A stretch of 64,000 nt of DNA from an uncultured Gammaproteobacteria bacterium (GTDB lineage Bacteria > Patescibacteriota > Microgenomatia > UBA10105 > UBA927), in assembly GCA_964349125.1 (NCBI GenBank), contig CAYGFH010000002.1:110484-174483 (forward strand). The letters run 5' to 3'. Position 1 is the stretch's first letter, and the number at the start of each line of letters is the position of its first letter. Both the position numbers and the translations under genes were made by a program. The notes under the pieces were generated by a model. That model was not told the origin of the DNA and ran no database searches. It saw only the letters and a program-made list of their open reading frames with translations. This document shows positions 29,675 through 38,201 of the stretch, one piece after another.

Positions 29675-30457
29675 TTACTTCCAGACTTTCCACTGAGGAT
29701 CTGTGTTCCAATACGTGTTCAGATTCTCCACATCCGCATAGGTATCCATCGCATGCCAGAATCCTTCATGAACATGGAGAGACAGTTCTCGTTTCATGAC
29801 CAGTCTATGCAGGGCTTTATGCTCAAATTCACCCACGCGCAGGTACTCAAAAAATTTTTTGTTAAATACCATAAACCCGCCATTCACCCATTCTTTGAGT
29901 GATGGTTTCTCCACAAATTCGGTTACTGTATGTTCTCCATTTATTCTTACCTGTCCATATTTACTGCGTGGGTGTACACCCGTTATTGTTCCGATTGTGC
30001 GCTGTTTTTTATGGAAGGCGACCAGTTTTTTGATATCTATAGTGCCGACTCCATCGCCGTAGGTCACCATAAAATCTTTATCTTCTTTCGGTATGTAGTC
30101 CTTAATTCTCAAGATCCGCTCACCGGGAAGTGTTTCCGCCCCAGTGTCCACAAATGTGATGTTGAAATCATCCACAGTGTTCTCCCCTGCCGAGGCTTTA
30201 TGGATTTTTGTTTTTCCATTTTTTGTGGAGAGTGAAAAGTCGTGTGTGAAATATTGTTGATTTAAAAAATACTCTTTTATGTAGTCACCCTTATATCCGA
30301 GTGCAATGATAAAATCATTAAACCCGTAGTGGGCATAGATTTTCATGATATGCCACAATATCGGCTTATTACCGATAGTCACCATGGGTTTTGGCTTAAA
30401 TTCCGTTTCCTCTTTCAGACGATATCCTATACCACCACACAAAATCACTGTTTTCAT
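29675..30457 (-). CDS. rfbF: Glucose-1-phosphate cytidylyltransferase
   Basis: I moved the start to the internal Met: MKTVILCGGIGYRLKEETEFKPKPMVTIGNKPILWHIMKIYAHYGFNDFIIALGYKGDYIKEYF. This matches DdhA/RfbF and gives ~260 aa. Confidence 0.8.
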   Translation of the reverse strand: MKTVILCGGIGYRLKEETEFKPKPMVTIGNKPILWHIMKIYAHYGFNDFIIALGYKGDYIKEYFLNQQYFTHDFSLSTKNGKTKIHKASAGENTVDDFNITFVDTGAETLPGERILRIKDYIPKEDKDFMVTYGDGVGTIDIKKLVAFHKKQRTIGTITGVHPRSKYGQVRINGEHTVTEFVEKPSLKEWVNGGFMVFNKKFFEYLRVGEFEHKALHRLVMKRELSLHVHEGFWHAMDTYADVENLNTYWNTDPQWKVWK

Positions 30458-30524
30458 ACTTCTCGTAATTATAGTTGTACGTTCATGAATTGCAAGTGGA
30501 GTAACTCCAGCGAGTGCCGGTTCT

Positions 30525-31034
30525 TTATGGAAAAATCCGCCAGTACCATTCAAGTACCAGTTCTCTTATGCGAAAATATGACTGCGTTTTGCCGAGTCTG
30601 TACAGTGTTCCGTTGTATTGGATATCTCCTGAATCAAGCAACCGCTCAATTCGTCTTTGTACAATCTGTCGAACACCATACGTTTTTAACAGTTCATTTT
30701 TTGATACACCGTTCGTCCTTCCGCTGATTTCAGAGAGAAACCACACGGTTAGAGAGGCTTCGAACACACTAAACACAGTAAACAAAAATAACACCACACA
30801 TGCTGTATATATACCAATCACGAGTACTACCCCCGTCGTGTACTGCATGAGAGAGAGTCCAAGTATATCCGCTTTGTGAATCCATATACCGCTTGCAAGA
30901 AACAGCCCGAAGAAAAATACGATTAGCATTGCCCGTATCGCCAGTTTTTGTGAGACAATGCGAAACAATATTGGCAAACAGCATATTGCCAGAAGTACCG
31001 TTACTAGGCTTGACACTATAATCCACTCATCCAT
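30525..31034 (-). CDS. Small membrane protein (3-4 TM) with C-terminal winged-helix-like domain
   Basis: Hydrophobic N-terminal ~100 aa. C-terminus ...LLKTYGVRQIVQRRIERLLDSGDIQYNGTLYRLGKTQ. Paralogous to 31037..31522 and 40318..40839. Confidence 0.35.
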   Translation of the reverse strand: MDEWIIVSSLVTVLLAICCLPILFRIVSQKLAIRAMLIVFFFGLFLASGIWIHKADILGLSLMQYTTGVVLVIGIYTACVVLFLFTVFSVFEASLTVWFLSEISGRTNGVSKNELLKTYGVRQIVQRRIERLLDSGDIQYNGTLYRLGKTQSYFRIRELVLEWYWRIFP

Positions 31035-31036
31035 AC

Positions 31037-31522
31037 TTACCCCCGTTTTTTCCTATAAAATAGCGTTTCATAAGCTGCTATCATGCGAGCAAATTGCATG
31101 CCTTTCTTTGTACTGACAACTCCCTGTGATGTTATCGCAACCAGCCCGGACGAGCGCAAATCATCAATACGTTTCCATACGAGCTGTTTTTCACTAAACA
31201 GCGATTCTATCGCGGATTTAGTCATACCGGGACGGGATGCAAGGGCGTGAAGGATCATAGACGAGGGCGTCTCACCTCCCAAAATCACCCCGACATATAA
31301 AAACGAAAAAATAGCCGACAGCAAAAGATACAGGAGGACCGAAGAGAATATAAAGTCACTCTGTATATAGAGAAGTAGAAACACTAATGGAACTACACCC
31401 AACAGGTACACACAGACACTGCCGAGTGTGATGGCATTGTTCTTTCGACCAGACAAATGAATACCACGGTGAACCCAAATAAAAAAACCTAACACGGATA
31501 GTATACTCACCAGACTAAGCAT
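31037..31522 (-). CDS. Small membrane protein with C-terminal winged-helix-like domain (paralog)
   Basis: 4 TM helices, then ...MTKSAIESLFSEKQLVWKRIDDLRSSGLVAITSQGVVSTKKG. Confidence 0.35.
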   Translation of the reverse strand: MLSLVSILSVLGFFIWVHRGIHLSGRKNNAITLGSVCVYLLGVVPLVFLLLYIQSDFIFSSVLLYLLLSAIFSFLYVGVILGGETPSSMILHALASRPGMTKSAIESLFSEKQLVWKRIDDLRSSGLVAITSQGVVSTKKGMQFARMIAAYETLFYRKKRG

Positions 31523-31525
31523 ATG

Positions 31526-33076
31526 TTATTTTCTGCGCCAGAGAGCAGTCCCCCACCCCTCCACTTTTTCATAGTGCTCATTGATATACGGAAGATCATC
31601 AGTGAGTTCCCAAAACCTGCCGCTGTCGCCCTGATAGATATATGCCACCTTCTTTTCCTCCAGTACTTCACGAAGCGGTCTAGGAGGTCTGGAAAGAAAC
31701 CGTACGAAGGTACCAAACGGCAGACAGCAAATATCGTACGGGTCCGTCCTGTATATAAACCTGCCGTCGAGATCCAACACCTGCTCATTCTCACCAACGA
31801 GCGACCGCAGTTGTTCCGTTTGGACAAGCTGTACTTTGTTTGATATCTGCATTTTTGGGGCATTCACTACTGCTGTCTGCCTCGCAAATAGAAGCGCCAA
31901 CGCGATAAGCAGTACGGGAGACAAAACAGAAGTACGACGAAAAACTAACGAAACGAAATCTGCACAGTACATCGCGATAAAGACCGCAATGGGAATCAGA
32001 TACTGACTGTGCTTCATGGGAAAAAACATCACATACAATACCACTGAGACAATAAATACTCCTGCGATCAGGAGCTCTGATAACACCCGCTTCCCTTTCC
32101 CGTCAGCTCTAATATAGGGGGTGAGCAGACTCATCACACCCACGCAAATGCCGATCGCCCAAATCGTATGGTTCAAGAGAAGCGCATTGGTAACCCCCCA
32201 TCCACCATAAAACGATGCGTTAGGGAAAAAGAACAGGTGTGGCTCCATTATATATATGCGCCCGATGGTATTTGCCTCAAACGGCATGCTCGTCAGTGAA
32301 TAGAGCACTTTAGATATATCCCCCAGTGACAGCAGCCAGAATGCGAACAACAGTCCCGTCATACCAAATCCGTAGAGAAAATATGCATGGGCTCCTGTGC
32401 CCGGCAGGCGCTGAATCCTGCGTGTAGAAAGTGTGCGGAGTATCCACTGATACATCCCCACATCCAACAGGTATATGGCAAAACCTACCACGACAAACGG
32501 GAGTGATTTTACAAGAATTATCATAGATGCAGCGTAGCTAATCGCCGAGAAAAACCAATAGTACCTGCTGCGCCCATGGAGCGGATTCTCCATAGCTATG
32601 ATCTGTAGATACATTCCCAAAAGCCCGAACACTGTGGAGACATTATCGGGACGCACTTCCATAAATTTGTCAAATGGCATCGGTAAAAACGCGAGGATAC
32701 ACATCGGAATCACAAAAAACCGCTTTGACCTCACGGTTCTATACAGAAGTCCCGTCAAGGCAACCATGACAGCAAAAACAACAAATGCAGCAACTCGTGT
32801 GGCGATAAATAAGGATGTGCTCTTGCCGAAGAGCCAAAACAACGGAGTTAAAAGCCAATAAAAACCGGGGGTAAAAAAGGTGAAAAAATCTATATATGGC
32901 GTCTGACCCCGGGCAAAATTTGCGGCCCAGTGCAGATGGGTGAATTCGTCCACATCAAAAAAGCGAGTAATTCCGACTGTGTAATGCCAGTACAGCAGAT
33001 ATCCCAAAAGAACACTCGCTATTACATACTCGACGAGAATAATCAGTTTGGGGATGGTGAAATATGATGATTTCAT
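31526..33076 (-). CDS. Polytopic membrane protein, putative GT-C-fold glycosyltransferase (paralog)
   Basis: About 12 TM helices. C-terminal domain ...KKVAYIYQGDSGRFW... It overlaps the upstream SDR gene by 4 bp. Confidence 0.35.
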   Translation of the reverse strand: MKSSYFTIPKLIILVEYVIASVLLGYLLYWHYTVGITRFFDVDEFTHLHWAANFARGQTPYIDFFTFFTPGFYWLLTPLFWLFGKSTSLFIATRVAAFVVFAVMVALTGLLYRTVRSKRFFVIPMCILAFLPMPFDKFMEVRPDNVSTVFGLLGMYLQIIAMENPLHGRSRYYWFFSAISYAASMIILVKSLPFVVVGFAIYLLDVGMYQWILRTLSTRRIQRLPGTGAHAYFLYGFGMTGLLFAFWLLSLGDISKVLYSLTSMPFEANTIGRIYIMEPHLFFFPNASFYGGWGVTNALLLNHTIWAIGICVGVMSLLTPYIRADGKGKRVLSELLIAGVFIVSVVLYVMFFPMKHSQYLIPIAVFIAMYCADFVSLVFRRTSVLSPVLLIALALLFARQTAVVNAPKMQISNKVQLVQTEQLRSLVGENEQVLDLDGRFIYRTDPYDICCLPFGTFVRFLSRPPRPLREVLEEKKVAYIYQGDSGRFWELTDDLPYINEHYEKVEGWGTALWRRK

Positions 33077-33981
33077 TTCTCGTAGTATGACATATTTTTA
33101 TTTACCACATCCTGCCAGCTATATGCCGGTATACCAAGTTTTTTGCCGGTATCAACTCCTGTAATTGCGCTGTACTTGGTAAACCGGGCAGGAAGGGTTT
33201 CTCTTTTGACATAGTCATCAAATGAGATTGTCTGCAACTCATGCGTATCCAAGCCCAGACCCTTGAGTGCGTACAGACAAAGCTCGTACGGACTCACCTC
33301 ATCATCACTCACCATATGGAATATGCCGCAACTGCGATTGGCCACTAACGTCCGGACACCCTGTGCTGCGATTGCCAGATCAGTTACGGGGAAGTACTGG
33401 TCAATAAAAAGCGGGTAGAGCTGTTTTTTCCTATAGAGCATGAGTAGCGACCGAAGATACTCCCCCATTGCACTGATCCGCCTGTGGGGCGTGACCGGTC
33501 CGTACAGTGGGTGCGATAGCCGAATGATCGCGCCATGTGGCTGGAAAAATTGTTCCCCCAATTTTTTGGTTACCCCATACCAGGACAGCAGTTCGTCGGA
33601 AGCGACTGGATCTTCTTCAGAAAACGGACCAGGGTTGACTGGTGTTCCTGAAAATACGGATCCTGTGGAGATGTATATACCATATGCGCCGGATTGTTCC
33701 ATCGCGACTGCGATAGCATCAGAACCAGTCACATTAACCCTATAACACTCCCCTGACGTGTCTCCCCGCTCATTTTCTGCGCGAGTGTTATCTGTAAATG
33801 CAGCCGCATGGATAATTGCGGTAGGTTTTACACGTGATACGTAGGACAAAACTGATTCTTTTTCGGTGATATCCATTTCATCCCTGCTCGGTGTGAAAAT
33901 AGTACACCAGTCAGAAAGCAGTGAGGCAAACACCGACCCCACAAACCCTCTTGCACCTGTTATGAGTATTTTTTGTTTCAT
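33073..33981 (-). CDS. NAD(P)-dependent sugar-nucleotide reductase/epimerase (RmlD-like)
   Basis: I moved the start to MKQKILITGARGFVGSVFASLL; short-chain SDR lacking an extended substrate domain. Confidence 0.5.
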   Translation of the reverse strand: MKQKILITGARGFVGSVFASLLSDWCTIFTPSRDEMDITEKESVLSYVSRVKPTAIIHAAAFTDNTRAENERGDTSGECYRVNVTGSDAIAVAMEQSGAYGIYISTGSVFSGTPVNPGPFSEEDPVASDELLSWYGVTKKLGEQFFQPHGAIIRLSHPLYGPVTPHRRISAMGEYLRSLLMLYRKKQLYPLFIDQYFPVTDLAIAAQGVRTLVANRSCGIFHMVSDDEVSPYELCLYALKGLGLDTHELQTISFDDYVKRETLPARFTKYSAITGVDTGKKLGIPAYSWQDVVNKNMSYYEK

Positions 33982-34030
33982 ATGCATCGATACTATTTCA
34001 TGATTCAACAATACCCTTTACGCGTTACGA

Positions 34031-35701
34031 CTATAATTTCACTCTGTAAATAATCACGTCTCCCTCGTTGTACACCTCGCTCAAAAACGGGTATTTCAAT
34101 CCCCATCTGGAGGGATTAAGCGCATGTTCCTCTGGAGAATAGTACACGTACGAAATATCATAGGTCTGCAAAAATGTATATGCCGCGGCATCATCCACTG
34201 TTTGCCGATAAAACCCGGATAGAGCGCCTAATACGGCTGGGAATGATGGCGGCTCAATCAGTTTATACCACCAGCTCGTGTACACTCTGTTTCCCGCAAA
34301 TGCTGGAATGAGCATTCCTGCGTGATACCCAGACAACACAATATCACCCGTCTTTGTGTTCTGTCGTAACCAGTCAATGGATCTCATGACAGTCTTAGCA
34401 GGATACCCGAAATCTAGCACGGGAGGCTGACAGAAACATAGTTCGGACCGCCGTACGGTCCGCTGATATGAAAAAATACTGGTGCCAAGGATCAGGATCA
34501 ACAGTGCTCCGTAGATTCTATTTGGCCTCAACAGAGAGAATCTCGCTTTTGCCCACGCAACAATATGGGCCAACAGCACTCCCGACAACACGCCAAACGC
34601 GACATAGTACGGGGTGATCATATACCGGATCGGATTGATATGCATGAATTTGGAAAGTACGAATTCCCCCACCGGATGCATGATTGTCCATGTCCATAAA
34701 AGCAGAAGAAGCGGCGAGCCTTTTTTCAGAACAATGGGTAACGATACTATTGAGAGGATATACGGAACTCCCATTACAAATAGATACTCGGAAAATGTCA
34801 GAACAAACGGATTGAGAAATTCCATTTTTCCGGTATTCAAATCTTGCCAGTAGTATCCGACAATATAGCGCACGTATAGAACCGGAATAAGCACAACTGC
34901 CGCATAGGTACATATCACTCCCAGCTGTACCACAGAAACAGTCAGTTTTTTGCGGCGGATCCATCCTGATAGGATACTGAGGAGCACAAACAGCGGAAAA
35001 CTGGAGACAATAAGTATGATATCGGGTGCATAGAAAAACGCCACGAGGATTCCTGATATTAAGGCCAGAACGAATAGCGTGAACGCGCGGGAGATGACAA
35101 ATACCCGCGCTAGTAGGTACATGGTTACGAAAGAAAACAGACCTCCCAACAGATAGTGCGGCATGGCGATAGTCATGCGTTGAAACACCAGGACATCGTA
35201 AATTGCTCCGTCCGGAAAACTAAATTGCCAGGAGGGCAACACGATGCCCGATCCAAACAGAACAAGTATATATGCAGCAACGCGTCCGGCGAGAGGCGGG
35301 ATGACACTCCGTATCAGTATGTACACCATCGCCATATAGCCAAGTGACAGGACAAATTGGGATATCCGAAACATATGTATGGGATCAGTCCGAAGCAGCC
35401 GTGCGAGATGTCCTATGACTATGTATTCGAATTTTACAATCGACGGATGATCACCCAAAAAAATGGAATAGTTAAACCGTGCAAACACCTCTCCCAGATA
35501 CCCTTGCCTGACATACGCCAGATTTCCCAGCTGATCTATCGGAAATTCTTCCGCACCAAAATAGTATCTGTCAGTGGGTGCGCGCTGATAATTTCTATAT
35601 ATGGGAAAGTATGCACAGCATAGGAGCACAATGCTGATACTTACTATATAGATATACTCACGGTAGCGTCCAATAAATCCGGCCATACGGTATACATCCA
35701 T
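34031..35701 (-). CDS. Polytopic membrane protein, putative GT-C-fold glycosyltransferase (paralog)
   Basis: N-terminal loop 'DRYYFGAEEFPIDQLGNLAYVRQGYLGEVF'. More than 10 TM helices. C-terminal domain ...YDISYVYYSPEE...DVIIYRVKL. Confidence 0.35.
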   Translation of the reverse strand: MDVYRMAGFIGRYREYIYIVSISIVLLCCAYFPIYRNYQRAPTDRYYFGAEEFPIDQLGNLAYVRQGYLGEVFARFNYSIFLGDHPSIVKFEYIVIGHLARLLRTDPIHMFRISQFVLSLGYMAMVYILIRSVIPPLAGRVAAYILVLFGSGIVLPSWQFSFPDGAIYDVLVFQRMTIAMPHYLLGGLFSFVTMYLLARVFVISRAFTLFVLALISGILVAFFYAPDIILIVSSFPLFVLLSILSGWIRRKKLTVSVVQLGVICTYAAVVLIPVLYVRYIVGYYWQDLNTGKMEFLNPFVLTFSEYLFVMGVPYILSIVSLPIVLKKGSPLLLLLWTWTIMHPVGEFVLSKFMHINPIRYMITPYYVAFGVLSGVLLAHIVAWAKARFSLLRPNRIYGALLILILGTSIFSYQRTVRRSELCFCQPPVLDFGYPAKTVMRSIDWLRQNTKTGDIVLSGYHAGMLIPAFAGNRVYTSWWYKLIEPPSFPAVLGALSGFYRQTVDDAAAYTFLQTYDISYVYYSPEEHALNPSRWGLKYPFLSEVYNEGDVIIYRVKL

Positions 35702-35920
35702 CTTACTCAGATTTGCAGCTCTTCTCAGTGAAAAATCTGACTCGCCTCGCTGTTATGTAGCGAAGCGGGTTAGATGGGTCTATACCCAAAAACTAATGTT
35801 GCAAATCTGCGTTTTTGCGGTATACACATACTATCAAAGCACCTTACACAGTCAACACCAAAATACTTTTTTTGAGACTCTCCAAGTAGGCGCGCTTGGA
35901 GGTATAATGAGCTACCAGGT

Positions 35921-36622
35921 ATGAAACTTCGATCGCTTACAATCGTTATCCCCTGCTACAACACAGCCTCTACCGTACAGGATGTGGTTCTAAACGCCCA
36001 CTCAGTAGCAAAACGGGTAAGCAGTTCTGTGGAAATAATTACACTTGACGATGCCAGTACTGACAGCACACCGGCGATACTTGTTAGTCTCAAGTCAAAG
36101 ATCCCCGGGATGAGAGTACTTTCTCACTCGGTAAACAAAGGATACGGAGAAACGATAAAAACCCTGTACCAAAAGGCAACGGGAGACTGGATATTTTCGC
36201 TGCCTTCAGATGATCAGTTTGATGCCGCTGAACTTATGAAATTACTCCCCTACACCACGTCTGCAGATATGATACTGGGCAGGAGGGTAAAACGCAGCGA
36301 TATAGCCAAGCGCAGGCTTCAGTCACAGATATATAACTGGTTGCTTCGATTCCTTTTTGGGATGAATCTTCATGATGCCAATACAATACGGCTTATGAAA
36401 AAAAGCGTGATCACTGCACTGCCACTTGTATCACGGAGTGCGTTTGTTGATGCGGAACTCGCCATTAGAATGCAGCAACATGGGTATACAATGCGGGAAG
36501 TCCCGGTTACCCATAAAGTCCGCATAGATAAAGGCGGATCTGGTGGAAAATTTTTCAAAACAATCCTTCCTACAATTATAGATATGGTGAGGATGAAAAT
36601 ATCGTTAACCGCGAAACGCTAA
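35921..36622 (+). CDS. GT2 DPM1-like glycosyltransferase (soluble, 233 aa)
   Basis: TIVIPCYNTASTV...ITLDDASTDST...SVNKGYGE. The C-terminus ...SLTAKR* is encoded by heptamer-repeat-like sequence. Confidence 0.7.
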   Translation: MKLRSLTIVIPCYNTASTVQDVVLNAHSVAKRVSSSVEIITLDDASTDSTPAILVSLKSKIPGMRVLSHSVNKGYGETIKTLYQKATGDWIFSLPSDDQFDAAELMKLLPYTTSADMILGRRVKRSDIAKRRLQSQIYNWLLRFLFGMNLHDANTIRLMKKSVITALPLVSRSAFVDAELAIRMQQHGYTMREVPVTHKVRIDKGGSGGKFFKTILPTIIDMVRMKISLTAKR

Positions 36623-36636
36623 TCGCGAACGCAAAA

Positions 36637-36692
36637 CGATTAACGATTAACGATTAACGATTAACGATTAACGATTAACGATTAACGATTAA
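36637..36692. repeat. Perfect tandem heptanucleotide array (CGATTAA)x8, flanked upstream by degenerate CGNNNAN heptamers from 36603
   Basis: Direct count: 56 nt = 8 x 7. It lies 25 bp upstream of the ATG at 36718. Confidence 0.9.
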
Positions 36693-36717
36693 CGTATGGT
36701 ATCATACCCTCACAATT

Positions 36718-37725
36718 ATGATTCAGATAGGCATTATCGGATTCGGATACTGGGGTCCAAATATTTTGAGAAACTTCGCCTCCCATAATGACGCTAGTGT
36801 TATATGGGTATGCGATATAAACCCAAAGACCACCACTCTGGTGGAAAAACAGTACCCGGGTGTCAAAGTCACCGCAAACGCGAGGGATGTATTTGATGAC
36901 CCCACCTGTGATGCTGTGGTTATTGTCACACCCATATCCACACACTTCTCCCTGGCAAAAAAAGCGCTCGAAGCCAAAAAGCATGTGCTGATAGAGAAAC
37001 CCATGACCCAGAAAAAAACAGAGTCAGACACGCTGATATCACTGGCAAAAAAACATAAAAAAACCCTTATGGTTGATCATACGTTTATCTATACTCCGGC
37101 CGTATCTGAAATTAAAAAAATAATAGACTCAGAAAAACTTGGGAGTATACTCCATGTAGACTGTGTCCGAACCAATCTCGGTCTTCTTCAGCGTGATAGT
37201 AATGTGCTCTACGACTTGGCTACACATGATCTTTCTATCATTGATTATATTTTCGGCGCATCCCCCACTGCGGTGTCTACACAGGGAGTGACCCTCGATG
37301 GTACAAATCAGGAAGCGGTTGCCTATATGAACGCGACTTATCCCGGCAATCTGCATGTGCATATTCATGTGAGCTGGATATCGCCGGTCAAGGTCAGAAA
37401 GATTACCATAGTCGGTACGAAAAAAATGCTCGTATATGATGATATGGAACCGACAGAGAAAATAAAGATTTATGATAAATCAATTTCCCTCACCGCGGAT
37501 GCACATGCGGCACAGCAGCTCAGGATCGGGTACCGCATCGGTTCGACGATTGCCCCGCACATCGACGTTGCCGAAGGACTTTCGAAAATGGCATCTGTAT
37601 TTATACACGCCATCACGACGCACACTCCTCCTCCGACAGACGGCGATCAGGGAAAGCGTATAGTGCACATTCTTGAGTCTGCTACAAAATCGATCAGGAA
37701 TAATGGTAAAATGATTCGACTCTAG
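36718..37725 (+). CDS. Gfo/Idh/MocA-family NAD-dependent sugar oxidoreductase (WbpB/WlbA-like)
   Basis: IGIIGFGYWGPNILRNF Rossmann motif. EKP motif (LIEKPMTQ). Adjacent to a hexapeptide acetyltransferase and a DegT aminotransferase. Confidence 0.7.
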   Translation: MIQIGIIGFGYWGPNILRNFASHNDASVIWVCDINPKTTTLVEKQYPGVKVTANARDVFDDPTCDAVVIVTPISTHFSLAKKALEAKKHVLIEKPMTQKKTESDTLISLAKKHKKTLMVDHTFIYTPAVSEIKKIIDSEKLGSILHVDCVRTNLGLLQRDSNVLYDLATHDLSIIDYIFGASPTAVSTQGVTLDGTNQEAVAYMNATYPGNLHVHIHVSWISPVKVRKITIVGTKKMLVYDDMEPTEKIKIYDKSISLTADAHAAQQLRIGYRIGSTIAPHIDVAEGLSKMASVFIHAITTHTPPPTDGDQGKRIVHILESATKSIRNNGKMIRL

Positions 37726-37735
37726 TAGTACCGCT

Positions 37736-38197
37736 ATGATCACAGACGATGTTATCCTCGGGAAAAACGTGCAAATATTCCATCCGGAACAGGTAAATAT
37801 ATACGGATGCTCCATTGGTGACAATACAAAAATCGGCTCGTTTGTCGAGATAAAAGAAACGGCAATAATCGGAAAAAACTGTAAAATCCAGGCTTTTGCG
37901 TTTATCCCTGAGGGGGTTGTGATAGAAGACGGTGTATTTATCGGTCCACACGTTGTGTTTACAAACGATACGTATCCTAAAGCTATAAACGAAGACGGGA
38001 CGATGAAAAAAGCCGGCGACTGGACACCGAAAAAAACCCATGTTCGGGCTGCAGCCGCCATCGGCGCAGGGGCAGTGATTTTGCCTGGAGTGACGATCGG
38101 TCGAAATGCTACGGTAGGTGCAGGATCTGTCGTGACAAAGGATGTCCCTGCACACAGTACCGTAATCGGAAACCCTGCCCGCATTCAAAAAAAATAA
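37736..38197 (+). CDS. Left-handed beta-helix (hexapeptide-repeat) sugar N-acetyltransferase (WbpD/WlbB-like)
   Basis: Repeated [LIV]G-x4 hexapeptides (IGDNTKIGSFVEI..., IGAGAVILPGVTIGRNATVGAGSVV). Confidence 0.7.
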   Translation: MITDDVILGKNVQIFHPEQVNIYGCSIGDNTKIGSFVEIKETAIIGKNCKIQAFAFIPEGVVIEDGVFIGPHVVFTNDTYPKAINEDGTMKKAGDWTPKKTHVRAAAAIGAGAVILPGVTIGRNATVGAGSVVTKDVPAHSTVIGNPARIQKK

Positions 38198-38201
38198 TCG
38201 C

